From contig JAISHM010000007.1 in the NCBI GenBank assembly GCA_031262525.1, positions 21,635 through 85,634 on the forward strand: a DNA stretch of 64,000 bases. The letters run 5' to 3'. Positions 27,419 to 38,117 of this stretch are shown here, piece after piece (position 1 is the stretch's first letter; each line of letters starts with the position of its first letter). The position numbers and the translations under genes are program-made. The stretch comes from Rickettsiales bacterium. Lineage in GTDB: Bacteria > Pseudomonadota > Alphaproteobacteria > Rs-D84. Under the pieces are notes generated by a model. It was not told the DNA's origin. It worked only from the letters and a program-made list of their open reading frames with translations, and searched no databases.

Positions 27419-28281
27419 TGTAATATCCTTTTTGGTTTTAATTCACCGCCATCTATTTTGCCAATTCCGACCAATTCATTTTCCAAATAAACACGCACAA
27501 CATCTGTGTCCGCGCCATCCATTTGAATAAATCCGCCACGACAAAATAACCCAGCGTCCGTTATTTCCAGATTCCAAACCGGAATGTCGCCCAGTCCAAA
27601 ATCCACCGGCATCAGAAAATCATTTAATCCAACGCACCCTTTATTATTAAACATATTTTCCAGAAAATCAAGTGTATGCGCATCTTTTATTTTAACCCCA
27701 TTTGTCGCAACGCGTCGTAAAGTTTCACATACCCCAATTTGACCACAATTTTCGGCAATATCGCGTACCAATGAACGAACATAGGTCCCACCACCACACC
27801 GCACAAAAAACTTATTTTCACCTGTTTGTTTTAATTCATAAATTTTAACGCGTCGTGTCGGCATTTTTATGTAGCGCCCAGCATTTGCCAACTTATACGC
27901 CCGCACCCCGTCAATATGCACCGCAGAATAATTCGGTGGGGTTTGTTCAATTTCCCCAGTCAATTTTTCCAGTGCAAAATTTAATAAATTATTATCTATT
28001 TCTCCGCTGCGGGTTTCAACAACCGCCCCTGTTATATCATCAGTGTTTGTGCGGATACCAAATTTAATACTAAATTCATATTCTTTGTCTGCATCTGGCA
28101 AATAAGGAATGATTTTCGTGGCTTCCCCCAACGCAATTATCAACAATCCACTGGCAAACGGGTCCAGTGTTCCAATATGTCCGAATTTTTTTACACCAAA
28201 CATTTTTGCAACACGCGCACCCGCCGCGCGACTGGAAATTCCAGATGGTTTATCCAAAAAAACAAAACCAGAATTTAACAT
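27409..28281 (-). CDS. truB: tRNA pseudouridine-55 synthase
   Basis: [13 protein letters not shown]...[25 protein letters not shown]. Conserved truB-rpsO-pnp order. Confidence 0.95.
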   Translation of the reverse strand: MLNSGFVFLDKPSGISSRAAGARVAKMFGVKKFGHIGTLDPFASGLLIIALGEATKIIPYLPDADKEYEFSIKFGIRTNTDDITGAVVETRSGEIDNNLLNFALEKLTGEIEQTPPNYSAVHIDGVRAYKLANAGRYIKMPTRRVKIYELKQTGENKFFVRCGGGTYVRSLVRDIAENCGQIGVCETLRRVATNGVKIKDAHTLDFLENMFNNKGCVGLNDFLMPVDFGLGDIPVWNLEITDAGLFCRGGFIQMDGADTDVVRVYLENELVGIGKIDGGELKPKRILQCR

Positions 28282-30782
28282 TAAAATAACTTTAATTGGT
28301 CGTTATTAGTTTCTTTTTTCTGACGAATAATAAAAACATCACCAGAGTTTTCATTTGGAATTTTGTGTGTTGCAATATTTTTTGTTTTTTGTGTTGCACA
28401 ATTATTGTTTTCTAAATCTGCCAAGATTCGTTCGGCGTTTTCCACCACAGATTTCGGCATTCCCGCCAACGCCGCAACATGAATTCCGTATGAACGACTG
28501 GCCGGACCTATCGCGATTTTATGCAAAAATATAATCTCGTCATTATGTTGCGCAACCGATACATTCAGATTCTGGACCGAATTAAAAGACAGACCTGTCA
28601 ATTCGTGATAATGCGTCGCGAATAATGTTCGAACATTCATATTATCCAAAAATTCCAACACTGCATTCGCAATTGCCATTCCATCAAAGGTTGCCGTTCC
28701 GCGTCCAATTTCATCAAAAATAATAAAACTTTTTTCCGTTGCACGATTTAATATATTTGCAGTCTCGGTCATTTCAACCATAAATGTTGATTGCCCTGCC
28801 GCCAAATTGTCGGACGCACCAACACGCGAAAAAAGTTGGTCGCATACACCAATTACCGCGGATTCCGCCGGCACAAAACCACCCAGATGCGCCAACACAA
28901 TTATCAACGCATTTTGCCGTAAATAAGTTGATTTTCCCGCCATATTCGGACCAGTTATCAGCGCGATTTTTTTATCCGTTAAATTACAATCATTTGGTAT
29001 AAACTTATTTGCATCTTTGCGTAAAACCCATTCAATCACAGGATGACGACCACCCACAACATTAAAATCATTTCCATCTGTGATTTGCGGACGCACCCAA
29101 TCATTATCACGCGCAACATCTGCACACGATAGCCATACATCGGCTTCGCTCAATAAATCAACAACAGCCAATAATTCATCAGAAATATCAGTAATTTTTT
29201 TAATCAGAGTTTGGATAATTTGTTCTTCTATCCCGCGCGCTTTATCCGCGGCGCCGCGGACATCATTATCCAATTCAATCAAGCGCGCCGTTGTAAATCT
29301 CATATTATTTGCCAATGTTTGACGATGTATAAATCCAGATTCTGGATTTAATAATTCCGAACCGCGATTACTTGGCACCTCTATATGATAACCCAATATA
29401 TTATTATATTTTATTTTCAGTGTGTTTATGCCGGTTGTCGTTATATATTCTGATTGCAGGCCCGCAATCGTTTCCATTGCGCCAGATGCCAAGAGTCGCA
29501 TATTATCCAATCCGCCATCAAACCCATCACGAATTATTCCGCCATCCCTGAAAAAAGACGGCAAATTATCATTCAATGCACGACCTAGTTCCAATGATAA
29601 ATCATCAAAAGTTTTTATCTCTGAAAATCTATCCGATAATACAGAATCCAATTTTTGCCCAACTATTTTTATTTTTGGTAATACGCGTAAAAATTCGGAC
29701 ACCACCCTTAAATCGCGTGGCATTCCGCGACCAGATACCAATCGCGGCACGCCGCGCCCCGCATCTGGTAAAGTTTCCAACACCCCAGACAGCGAACTAA
29801 AAACATCATTATTTAATATCAAATGCGAAATATGATTTTGCCGCCGCCTGATTTCACCAATATCAGATGACAATTCACGCAGCATAGCACGCAATTTACG
29901 CGCGCCAGATGCCGTCCTGGTTTTATCCAAAATATCCAATAAACAAACGCCATCATTATTAAAAGGTGCGTCAATTTCCAAACTCTTCCAAGACGAGGCG
30001 TCAATCCGTAATCCGTTCCCATCGCCATAACGATATGGAGTTTGGAACACAGGGACCATACCGCGCCCTGTATTAAATAAATATCCCGCTAAAAGACAAA
30101 TCGCAGAATCATCTGCACACATGGCAAAGTTATTTCCAAAAAAATCAGAGACTATTTTATTTATATCCGCGCGCTGATATAATTTTTCATATACCGGAGA
30201 TGTTATAAACGCGCCGCGTATGCGCATCATTTCCGGCGTTTCTGCCAAATGCGATGGATAAATTATTTCAGCAGGCGCAATTCGCGTTAAATCATCAAAA
30301 ACATTTGCAGACACGCCATAAAAAAGTTCGCCAGTTGAAATATCACAACCAATAAAATTACTATTTACAACTGCAACCAAAAAATTAGACTTTTTCGGGT
30401 TTAATAAATTTTCATCCGTGATTGTCCCAGGCGTGATTACACGCACTATTTTTCGTTCTATTTGTTTATGTCCTGCATTGCGTGCTTGCTCTGGCGTTTC
30501 CATTTGCTCTGCAATTGCGACCGAAATCCCAGACGACACCAATCGCGCAAAATAATTTTCAGATGCGTGCCACGGAATCCCACACATTGGGATATCCGAA
30601 CCGCGTTCATCAACACCGCGATGCGTTAAAACCAGATTCAGCGCACTGCTGACAATTCGCGCATCGTTAAAAAAAGCCTCGTAAAAATCACCCAAACGAA
30701 ATAATAATGCCGCATCCTCGTTTTCAGATTTCATATCCAGATACTGCTGCATTACAGGTGAAAGAGTCGGTTTATTCTTCAA
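28281..30782 (-). CDS. mutS: DNA mismatch repair protein MutS
   Basis: TPVMQQYLDMK...LFRLGDFYE N-terminus, Walker A TGPNMAGKST, and DEIGRGT. Confidence 0.95.
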   Translation of the reverse strand: MKNKPTLSPVMQQYLDMKSENEDAALLFRLGDFYEAFFNDARIVSSALNLVLTHRGVDERGSDIPMCGIPWHASENYFARLVSSGISVAIAEQMETPEQARNAGHKQIERKIVRVITPGTITDENLLNPKKSNFLVAVVNSNFIGCDISTGELFYGVSANVFDDLTRIAPAEIIYPSHLAETPEMMRIRGAFITSPVYEKLYQRADINKIVSDFFGNNFAMCADDSAICLLAGYLFNTGRGMVPVFQTPYRYGDGNGLRIDASSWKSLEIDAPFNNDGVCLLDILDKTRTASGARKLRAMLRELSSDIGEIRRRQNHISHLILNNDVFSSLSGVLETLPDAGRGVPRLVSGRGMPRDLRVVSEFLRVLPKIKIVGQKLDSVLSDRFSEIKTFDDLSLELGRALNDNLPSFFRDGGIIRDGFDGGLDNMRLLASGAMETIAGLQSEYITTTGINTLKIKYNNILGYHIEVPSNRGSELLNPESGFIHRQTLANNMRFTTARLIELDNDVRGAADKARGIEEQIIQTLIKKITDISDELLAVVDLLSEADVWLSCADVARDNDWVRPQITDGNDFNVVGGRHPVIEWVLRKDANKFIPNDCNLTDKKIALITGPNMAGKSTYLRQNALIIVLAHLGGFVPAESAVIGVCDQLFSRVGASDNLAAGQSTFMVEMTETANILNRATEKSFIIFDEIGRGTATFDGMAIANAVLEFLDNMNVRTLFATHYHELTGLSFNSVQNLNVSVAQHNDEIIFLHKIAIGPASRSYGIHVAALAGMPKSVVENAERILADLENNNCATQKTKNIATHKIPNENSGDVFIIRQKKETNNDQLKLF

Positions 30783-30966
30783 TTTTTAATTTTTCTATTT
30801 TTAATTCTGCTTCTTTTAATAACTGCTCGCAATAGGCCTTTAATTTTATCCCCTTTTCATACGCAGCAACAGATTCCGCCAAAGGCATAGTTCCAGATTC
30901 CATTTTTTTTACTAAATCTGATAATTGTTGATATGCATCCTCGAATGATAATTTATTTTCTTCCAT
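30772..30966 (-). CDS. xseB: Exodeoxyribonuclease VII small subunit
   Basis: 64 aa: LSFEDAYQQLSDLVKKMESGTMPLAESVAAYEKGIKLKAYCEQLL. Confidence 0.85.
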   Translation of the reverse strand: MEENKLSFEDAYQQLSDLVKKMESGTMPLAESVAAYEKGIKLKAYCEQLLKEAELKIEKLKIEE

Positions 30967-30978
30967 TTTATTCCCCGT

Positions 30979-32040
<1,062 letters not shown>

Positions 32041-32101
32041 TCATTGTTATTCACAAACTATAAAACATTAAACCAAAAAATCAAGTATCTAAATTTACAA
32101 T

Positions 32102-32129
32102 TTGCGATTTATTTTTTGCGATGTATAAT
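32102..32129 (+). promoter_or_regulatory. Promoter of rnpA (TTGCGA-16-TATAAT), 7 nt from the ATG at 32137
   Basis: TATAAT at 32124-32129. The 14-mer TGCGATGTATAATG (32117-32130) recurs at the rpoH promoter (50917-50930). Confidence 0.4.
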
Positions 32130-32136
32130 GCCCAGT

Positions 32137-32460
32137 ATGAGGCAAACGATAAAAAAACATTCAGACTTTTTATTCCCGCGCGACGCGGCGTCTTATAGAA
32201 GTCCTTATTTTACAATGCGCGCCCGCCCGACAAAATGGGATAGGGATGCGCGTTTTGGTATCGTTGCGGCCAAAAAGGTATTAAAACTGGCCATTGCGCG
32301 CAATCGCGCAAAACGCTTGATTCGCGCCTGGCTGAATGAGTGCGCGGACGAGTTAAATCCAAACTTGGACTATGTCTTTATTGTTCGCGCTGATATTCTG
32401 AACGCGTCAAAAACAGATGGCGTGTCCGCGATACGCGCTGGACTGGCACAATTAAAATGA
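32137..32460 (+). CDS. rnpA: RNase P protein component
   Basis: [31 protein letters not shown]...[28 protein letters not shown]. An alternative ATG at 32128 overlaps the -10 box. The ORF-track entry 31651..32460 is an artefactual 5' extension antisense to mreB. Confidence 0.85.
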   Translation: MRQTIKKHSDFLFPRDAASYRSPYFTMRARPTKWDRDARFGIVAAKKVLKLAIARNRAKRLIRAWLNECADELNPNLDYVFIVRADILNASKTDGVSAIRAGLAQLK

Positions 32461-32672
32461 AACATATTGCATTGTTTTTAATCGGATTTTATCAAAAATT
32501 TATTTCCCCAATTTTTGGCGGACGGGCGGTATGTCGTTTTAACCCAACTTGCAGCGAATATACGCGCCAAGCCATAAAAAAGCACGGGGCATTGCGCGGA
32601 ATTACAATGGGGGTGAGGCGAATTTTGCGGTGTCGTCCGGGTGGTGGATTCGGATATGACCCTGTTCCTTGA
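32457..32672 (+). CDS. yidD: Membrane protein insertion efficiency factor YidD
   Basis: [38 protein letters not shown] overlap with rnpA. Confidence 0.9.
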   Translation: MKHIALFLIGFYQKFISPIFGGRAVCRFNPTCSEYTRQAIKKHGALRGITMGVRRILRCRPGGGFGYDPVP

Positions 32673-32696
32673 CTTATACCCAGAATTTGCTAGAAT
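32669..32696 (+). promoter_or_regulatory. Promoter of accBC (TTGACT-16-TAGAAT with TGn)
   Basis: TTGACT at 32669-32674 (overlapping the yidD stop), TG at 32688-32689, TAGAAT at 32691-32696. Confidence 0.4.
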
Positions 32697-32730
32697 ATAA
32701 TCCAAGTTTAATAAAAACAAAGGACTTTTA

Positions 32731-33180
32731 ATGTCATTTCGTGCAACGGTCAAGGCAATGACCAAAATTATGGATGAAATGGGTTTAACCGAATTGGACC
32801 TGGAACGACAATTTTTATTCGGAATTTATCGCAAGCATGTACATCTTTCACGTCAGGGTGCGCCCGTCGTAATGCCAACAACAACAATTGCGTCGCCATT
32901 GGCAAAAAATGCGTGCGACATATCACAAAACCCCACAGAATGTAATGAAAACGCGGTAAAATCCCCAATGGTCGGCGTTGTTTATTTATCGTCTGAACCA
33001 GGCGCAAAACCATTTGTAAAGATTGGACAAAGCGTCAAAGCAGACGATACAATCTGTTTGATAGAGGCAATGAAGACATTTAACCCTGTCTTGGCGGGGC
33101 GCGATGGTGTTGTGCGCGAAATTTTGATAAAGGACGGCGCAGCGGTGGAATTTAATACCCCACTGATTGTGATTGAATAA
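32731..33180 (+). CDS. accB: Biotin carboxyl carrier protein of acetyl-CoA carboxylase
   Basis: Biotinylation motif ICLIEAMKTFN, and SPMVGVVYLS. Confidence 0.9.
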   Translation: MSFRATVKAMTKIMDEMGLTELDLERQFLFGIYRKHVHLSRQGAPVVMPTTTIASPLAKNACDISQNPTECNENAVKSPMVGVVYLSSEPGAKPFVKIGQSVKADDTICLIEAMKTFNPVLAGRDGVVREILIKDGAAVEFNTPLIVIE

Positions 33181-33186
33181 TTTACA

Positions 33187-34533
33187 ATGGCACAGATTAA
33201 AAAAGTTTTAATTGCGAATCGCGGTGAAATTGCACTGCGTATTATTCGTGCTTGTCGGGATATGGGAATTCGCACGGTTGCCGTGTATTCCACCGCCGAT
33301 ATCAGTGCATCGCATGTGCATTTGGCGGACGAATCTGTATGTATTGGACCGGCATCGGTCCGTGATTCATATCTGAACGAATCGGCGATTTTAACGGCTG
33401 CTTTGCTGACCGGCGCCGACGCGATTCACCCAGGATATGGCTTTTTGTCCGAACGGGCATCATTCGCACAAATGGTAGAATCACATAATTTAATTTGGAT
33501 TGGGCCAGATTCTGCGACAATCGCAAAAATGGGGGACAAAGTTGCCGCCAAAGAAACCGCGGTTAAATGCGGGCTGCCCATTGTTCCGGGTTCGGATGGC
33601 GCGGTTGATTCAGTCAGTGATGCATTGGCAATCGCGGATAAAATCGGATATCCGGTTATGTTAAAGGCATCCGCCGGTGGCGGAGGCAAGGGAATGCGTC
33701 CAGTTATGAATGAATCTGAAATGGAATCGGCATTCACAATGACCAAGCGCGAGGCAGGCTCTGCCTTTGGCGATGACACGCTGTATATTGAAAAGTTATT
33801 ATTGCATCCGCGTCATATAGAATTCCAGGTTCTGGCGGACCACCATGGGGGTGTTGTGATTTTTGGCGAACGAGATTGCTCGCTGCAACGAAAAAATCAG
33901 AAAGTTATGGAAGAATGCCCAGCGGCAGTTTTATCACAAAAACAACGCGATGATATGATAGAAATATGTCGCAGCGCAGTAAAGAAAATGAAATACACAA
34001 ATGCGGGTACTTTGGAATTTATGTTCGAGGGCGGACAATTTTACTTTTTAGAAATGAATACCAGATTACAGGTTGAACATCCTGTCACGGAAATGGTGTA
34101 TGGGGTTGATTTGGTTCGGGAACAGATTCGTATCGCCCAGGGTGAAAAACTGGGTTATAACCAGGGAAATTTAACCCCAAACGGGCACGCGATAGAATTT
34201 CGTATAAATGCAGAAAATCCAGAAACCTTTATTCCAAATCCAGGAACGATTTCGTCATACACACCCGCGGGTGGGTTGGGGATACGGGTTGATTCTGCGG
34301 TTTATACAGGATACACAATTCCATCAAATTATGATTCACTGATTGCGAAATTGGTGGTATGGGCGCCAACGCGCACCAGTGCGATAATGCGCGCAACACG
34401 CGCGTTGGACGAATTTGTCATAGAAGGTGTCCAAACAACAATCCCTTTACAGAAAAAATTATTAAATGAAAAAGATGTTAAAACATTAAATTTTGACAAT
34501 CATTGGCTAGAAAATTTTCTGGGTAAAAAATAA
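33187..34533 (+). CDS. accC: Biotin carboxylase
   Basis: KVLIANRGEIALRIIRAC, GYPVMLKASAGGGGKGMR, and FLEMNTRLQVEHPVTE. Confidence 0.95.
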   Translation: MAQIKKVLIANRGEIALRIIRACRDMGIRTVAVYSTADISASHVHLADESVCIGPASVRDSYLNESAILTAALLTGADAIHPGYGFLSERASFAQMVESHNLIWIGPDSATIAKMGDKVAAKETAVKCGLPIVPGSDGAVDSVSDALAIADKIGYPVMLKASAGGGGKGMRPVMNESEMESAFTMTKREAGSAFGDDTLYIEKLLLHPRHIEFQVLADHHGGVVIFGERDCSLQRKNQKVMEECPAAVLSQKQRDDMIEICRSAVKKMKYTNAGTLEFMFEGGQFYFLEMNTRLQVEHPVTEMVYGVDLVREQIRIAQGEKLGYNQGNLTPNGHAIEFRINAENPETFIPNPGTISSYTPAGGLGIRVDSAVYTGYTIPSNYDSLIAKLVVWAPTRTSAIMRATRALDEFVIEGVQTTIPLQKKLLNEKDVKTLNFDNHWLENFLGKK

Positions 34534-34557
34534 TCCGCAATCGCGGATTATTTTTTT
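34532..34557. terminator. Bidirectional terminator; copy 2 of the 32-nt module seen at 22341-22372
   Basis: The 32-nt sequence AAAAATAATCCGCAATCGCGGATTATTTTTTT (34526-34557) is identical to 22341-22372. Confidence 0.65.
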
Positions 34558-34565
34558 ACAAACAA

Positions 34566-37427
34566 TTAAAACTTTATCTTTGTCCCCATATTTAATGATA
34601 CAGATTCAAATACAGACCCATTGTCATACGACACATCGCCATAAAAGTTTGTAGCGTCCCCAGCGCGGATATTTATACCCACACGCACATCAAATCCGTT
34701 GCCACCCATATCAGACACGAAATTATCATTTACCATTTTTATCTTTGTCGCCCCCATCCATTCGCGATAAATTCCACCCTCTATAAACGGGCTGTAAATC
34801 GTTCCCAATCCGTTTTGCAACAACGATGCTTTCAATGCCATACGGGTTTGCAAACTGGTCGTATCACCATATTTTATCATATTGCCAAAGTTTGTAATTT
34901 CCCCATCACCAATGTTTTTGGCATAAATAACTTCGGCGCGTGGTTGCAAGGATAGTTGCGCAACTTTACCTTTTCCTTGCATCCAATCTGGCGCATCAAC
35001 CAAAGTATTTTTTCCAAACGACAACACCCCTGTGATAAAATTCGCGCTCGCGTCATACTTTTGCTCTGTCCCGTCGTTTTTGATATTTTTCATTTGCATT
35101 TCTGTCCAAAAATATCGCGCCGACGCATTCGCAAACCAGCCATTATCATGAACATAGGTTGCATACAACCCCGCGCTGGGGATAGTCGCATTTCCGCCAC
35201 CTGTGAATTCATTATCTTGGTCAATTTTTATATTGTCCGCATACATAAATCCACCCATTGCGCCAATATAAAGTTTTGCATCATCAAACGCGCCAGTTTC
35301 CAGGTCAAATCCTGTTTCAATTCCACCCAAATTCATTGTTGTTTTTGTATGGTCATTTACCGAAACACGCTTTACAAACGGATGAAAATATAATCCAGAT
35401 TCCCCGCCACCCGTCACAGTCAGTTCGTCCAGACGCTTGGTCAGTTCGTTCATACCTGTTTTAACCATCGCCAGATTTAACGCCGGCATATCCGCCGCCG
35501 ATGCGCCCGCGCCTGATAACCCAGTGCGCGATATACGATATTCGCCCCCACCCAGCGACCGCGCAGAATACTCATACAAAGCCGTCTGTGTTTTATTATT
35601 TGATGCTGAAAAACTGACATTCGCCAAATCAGAATCCAACACCAATGATTTAAACACTTGAACATCAAATGAATCCGCTGATGAATCATTCACCATACCA
35701 AAACTGCGCAGGTTTATTATTGTTGCCGTGCTGTTTGTATCAATATCTGTGCTGATTATTATCTGGTCTGATTTTTCAGTCGCACCATCAATATCTATAT
35801 CAAAATTATTTGTCCCCACCAATTCAACATTTGCGATTTTCAAATTATTCAAGTCATAATTTTTTAACGAGACAACCACATTATGGACATGCATATTTTT
35901 TATTTCGCCATAATCCGTTCCATCACCCCAAAAGTTGATAGTGCCACCCGTGATATTATTTCCGATTGCATTATTAAAAAACTGACCATAAACATTTGTA
36001 GTCCCACCCGACATATTAAACATACCATCAAAATTCTCGTTGATTGCATTTTCTTCAAAGGTCAATATACCAGAATGCGTTTTATTTATATAAACATCAA
36101 CGCCCGATTTATTCGCAATTCCACCGCCAAAGATGGTTTCACCGCTCACCCCATCTATGTTTATATCCCCGCGTTCCCCTGCGTTATCGCCATTTCCGTC
36201 AATATAAATATCATTTGCAGCGCCCTTGGCAGTATTTCCAGAAAATTCGGTTATTCCGCCAGTTGTTGTGATATTGATTTCGCCATTCACCCCAGCCCCA
36301 CCGGCCCCAACATTATTCTTCACCGTCATATAAATTGCACCGCCCAGACCACTACCAAAATTCTGTGCCGTATTATCACGAAAAACGACCCCATCACCAA
36401 TATTCAATGTTATATTGCTGTTTGGATTGGTTGAACGACTTTCCAGTCCAGCATAAATAGCACCCCCGCGTTGCGCAGAGGTATTGCTATCAAACACAGA
36501 ATCATCACCAATGTTGATTGTTGATGTACCGGCATTTGTTCCTCCATTTATTCCATAGTGGTAAATTGCACCTCCCCCCGTTCCACCACCAGATGTATTT
36601 TGTGAAAATTCCGCATCTGTGCCGATGTTTGTCAGTTGGTTCATTCCAGAAATACCCCAGACATAATTATATATTGCGCCACCACTTCTTGCCGCTTCAT
36701 TTTCCGAAAAAATAGCATTGTTGCCGATTATTATTTCTGATGCGCTGGTAACACCATAACGCGCCCGCGCGAATATAGCACCGCCACCAGAATCCCCCCC
36801 AGTAGAAGCGCCAGAATTTTTCGTAAATTCCGCATAATCCCCAATTGTTAAACTAACTTTGTTAATGGGATAGGGACTGCCCGACACATCCATACCAATC
36901 GCGCCACCACCATAACCGGATGGGGATGTGTCGGTATGTGAATTTCCATCAAATTTTACTCTATCGCCAATTGTGTATGTAATTGTGCCGCCATCTGTTT
37001 TCTGAAACCCGATTGTACCGCCAACTGGTCCAGATGTTTCGTTATCTGTAAATGTTGCGTTATCACCGATATCCAAATTTATTGCGCGTATCGCCCCCCC
37101 AGCCGTAGCGGAATTAAAATTTGACAGAGTTAAAGAATCCCCGATTGTTAATATCCCGTTTGTATTTTGTAATCCCGAATATAAACCATCCCCATCCAAA
37201 GTCATATTTTCACCTACTATGGCATAAGAAGACGCCGCGGTCGCCCATTCTGCATTCGTAATATCAGCACCAAAAGTTATATCAGATGTTAAATTTATTT
37301 CTGTATCAGCATTTAATAACGCTGTTTTTAATTCGGTAAAGTCCGAAACATTTGTTGCCGCATTCGCGCCCAGCGCAACCAGTAATGAAAAAATTGAAAT
37401 TGTGGATACTTTATAAATTTTTAACAT
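34566..37427 (-). CDS. Autotransporter with polymorphic-membrane-protein (Pmp) type FxxN/GGAI repeats
   Basis: Signal peptide (SIFSLLVALGANAA). At least 7 GGAI motifs (GGAIRAI, GGGAIGM, GGGAIFAR, SGGAIYNY, GGGAIYHY, RGGAIYAG, LGGAIYMT), alternating with 8 FxxN motifs (FTDN, FDGN, FTKN, FSEN, FSQN, FDSN, FRDN, FSGN). C-terminal beta-barrel ends ...NMGTKIKF. Confidence 0.8.
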   Translation of the reverse strand: MLKIYKVSTISIFSLLVALGANAATNVSDFTELKTALLNADTEINLTSDITFGADITNAEWATAASSYAIVGENMTLDGDGLYSGLQNTNGILTIGDSLTLSNFNSATAGGAIRAINLDIGDNATFTDNETSGPVGGTIGFQKTDGGTITYTIGDRVKFDGNSHTDTSPSGYGGGAIGMDVSGSPYPINKVSLTIGDYAEFTKNSGASTGGDSGGGAIFARARYGVTSASEIIIGNNAIFSENEAARSGGAIYNYVWGISGMNQLTNIGTDAEFSQNTSGGGTGGGAIYHYGINGGTNAGTSTINIGDDSVFDSNTSAQRGGAIYAGLESRSTNPNSNITLNIGDGVVFRDNTAQNFGSGLGGAIYMTVKNNVGAGGAGVNGEINITTTGGITEFSGNTAKGAANDIYIDGNGDNAGERGDINIDGVSGETIFGGGIANKSGVDVYINKTHSGILTFEENAINENFDGMFNMSGGTTNVYGQFFNNAIGNNITGGTINFWGDGTDYGEIKNMHVHNVVVSLKNYDLNNLKIANVELVGTNNFDIDIDGATEKSDQIIISTDIDTNSTATIINLRSFGMVNDSSADSFDVQVFKSLVLDSDLANVSFSASNNKTQTALYEYSARSLGGGEYRISRTGLSGAGASAADMPALNLAMVKTGMNELTKRLDELTVTGGGESGLYFHPFVKRVSVNDHTKTTMNLGGIETGFDLETGAFDDAKLYIGAMGGFMYADNIKIDQDNEFTGGGNATIPSAGLYATYVHDNGWFANASARYFWTEMQMKNIKNDGTEQKYDASANFITGVLSFGKNTLVDAPDWMQGKGKVAQLSLQPRAEVIYAKNIGDGEITNFGNMIKYGDTTSLQTRMALKASLLQNGLGTIYSPFIEGGIYREWMGATKIKMVNDNFVSDMGGNGFDVRVGINIRAGDATNFYGDVSYDNGSVFESVSLNMGTKIKF

Positions 37428-37497
37428 CGTATTTCCCTTGATTGTGTTAAATACAATTTTATCAAAAATCGTGTTATAAACATAGGATAAAAATCGC

Positions 37498-37527
37498 GCA
37501 AAAAAGACGCCGCGATTGCGGCGTCTT
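37498..37527 (-). terminator. Rho-independent terminator after infC
   Basis: AAGACGCCGC-nnnn-GCGGCGTCTT (37504-37527), followed on the minus strand by TTTTT. Confidence 0.6.
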
Positions 37528-37528
37528 A

Positions 37529-38077
37529 TTATTTCGCAGGGGCGATTATAATTGACTTGGTCCGTTCGTCCGGTTTGGACTTGCTGTCCAGTGTCCCCCG
37601 GTCCCCAATCATCGTAATAATTTTATCAAATAACGGCGCAACTGCATTGCGTCCCTGGGCCAGAACCCTTTTACTGCCCTTGGTCATAACCGAAATTTTA
37701 ACCTTGTCCCCGTCGGATAAAAACTCAAAAACTTTTTTCATTTTGATATTCAGGTCATTATCCTCGATAAAAGGCTTTACCCAAACTTCTTTCATTTCAT
37801 TGGTTTTTTGATGTTTTTTTGCCTCGGCCGCCTTTTTTTTCTGGTCATACTTGAACTTACCATAATCCATAATTTTCGCAATCGGAGGCACCGAATTTGC
37901 ATTTATTTCAACCAAATCCATTTGCGCATCAAGCGCCATTTGCAAAGCCTGGCTCGTCACCATAACGCCCAAATTTTCGCCAGTTGCCGATATAACATGG
38001 ACGCTTTTTGCAAAGATTTTATTATTCATACGCGGACCCGTGTCAGCGCGCTTATCACGATTTATTGTCGGTTTTAT
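37529..38077 (-). CDS. infC: Translation initiation factor IF-3, probably initiating at a non-canonical AUA codon
   Basis: The conserved core VPPIAKIMDYGKFKYDQKKK is present. The ORF-track ATG (38029) aligns with the middle of the IF-3 N-terminal tail. The frame is open upstream to a TGA at 38099-38101, with SD GGGAG (38084-38088) 6 nt before an ATA (38075-38077) and no canonical start in between. Confidence 0.8.
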   Translation of the reverse strand: MKPTINRDKRADTGPRMNNKIFAKSVHVISATGENLGVMVTSQALQMALDAQMDLVEINANSVPPIAKIMDYGKFKYDQKKKAAEAKKHQKTNEMKEVWVKPFIEDNDLNIKMKKVFEFLSDGDKVKISVMTKGSKRVLAQGRNAVAPLFDKIITMIGDRGTLDSKSKPDERTKSIIIAPAK

Positions 38078-38117
38078 TTTAGTCTCCCTTTGTAGAGTTC
38101 AGGTAAATCATAGTAAT

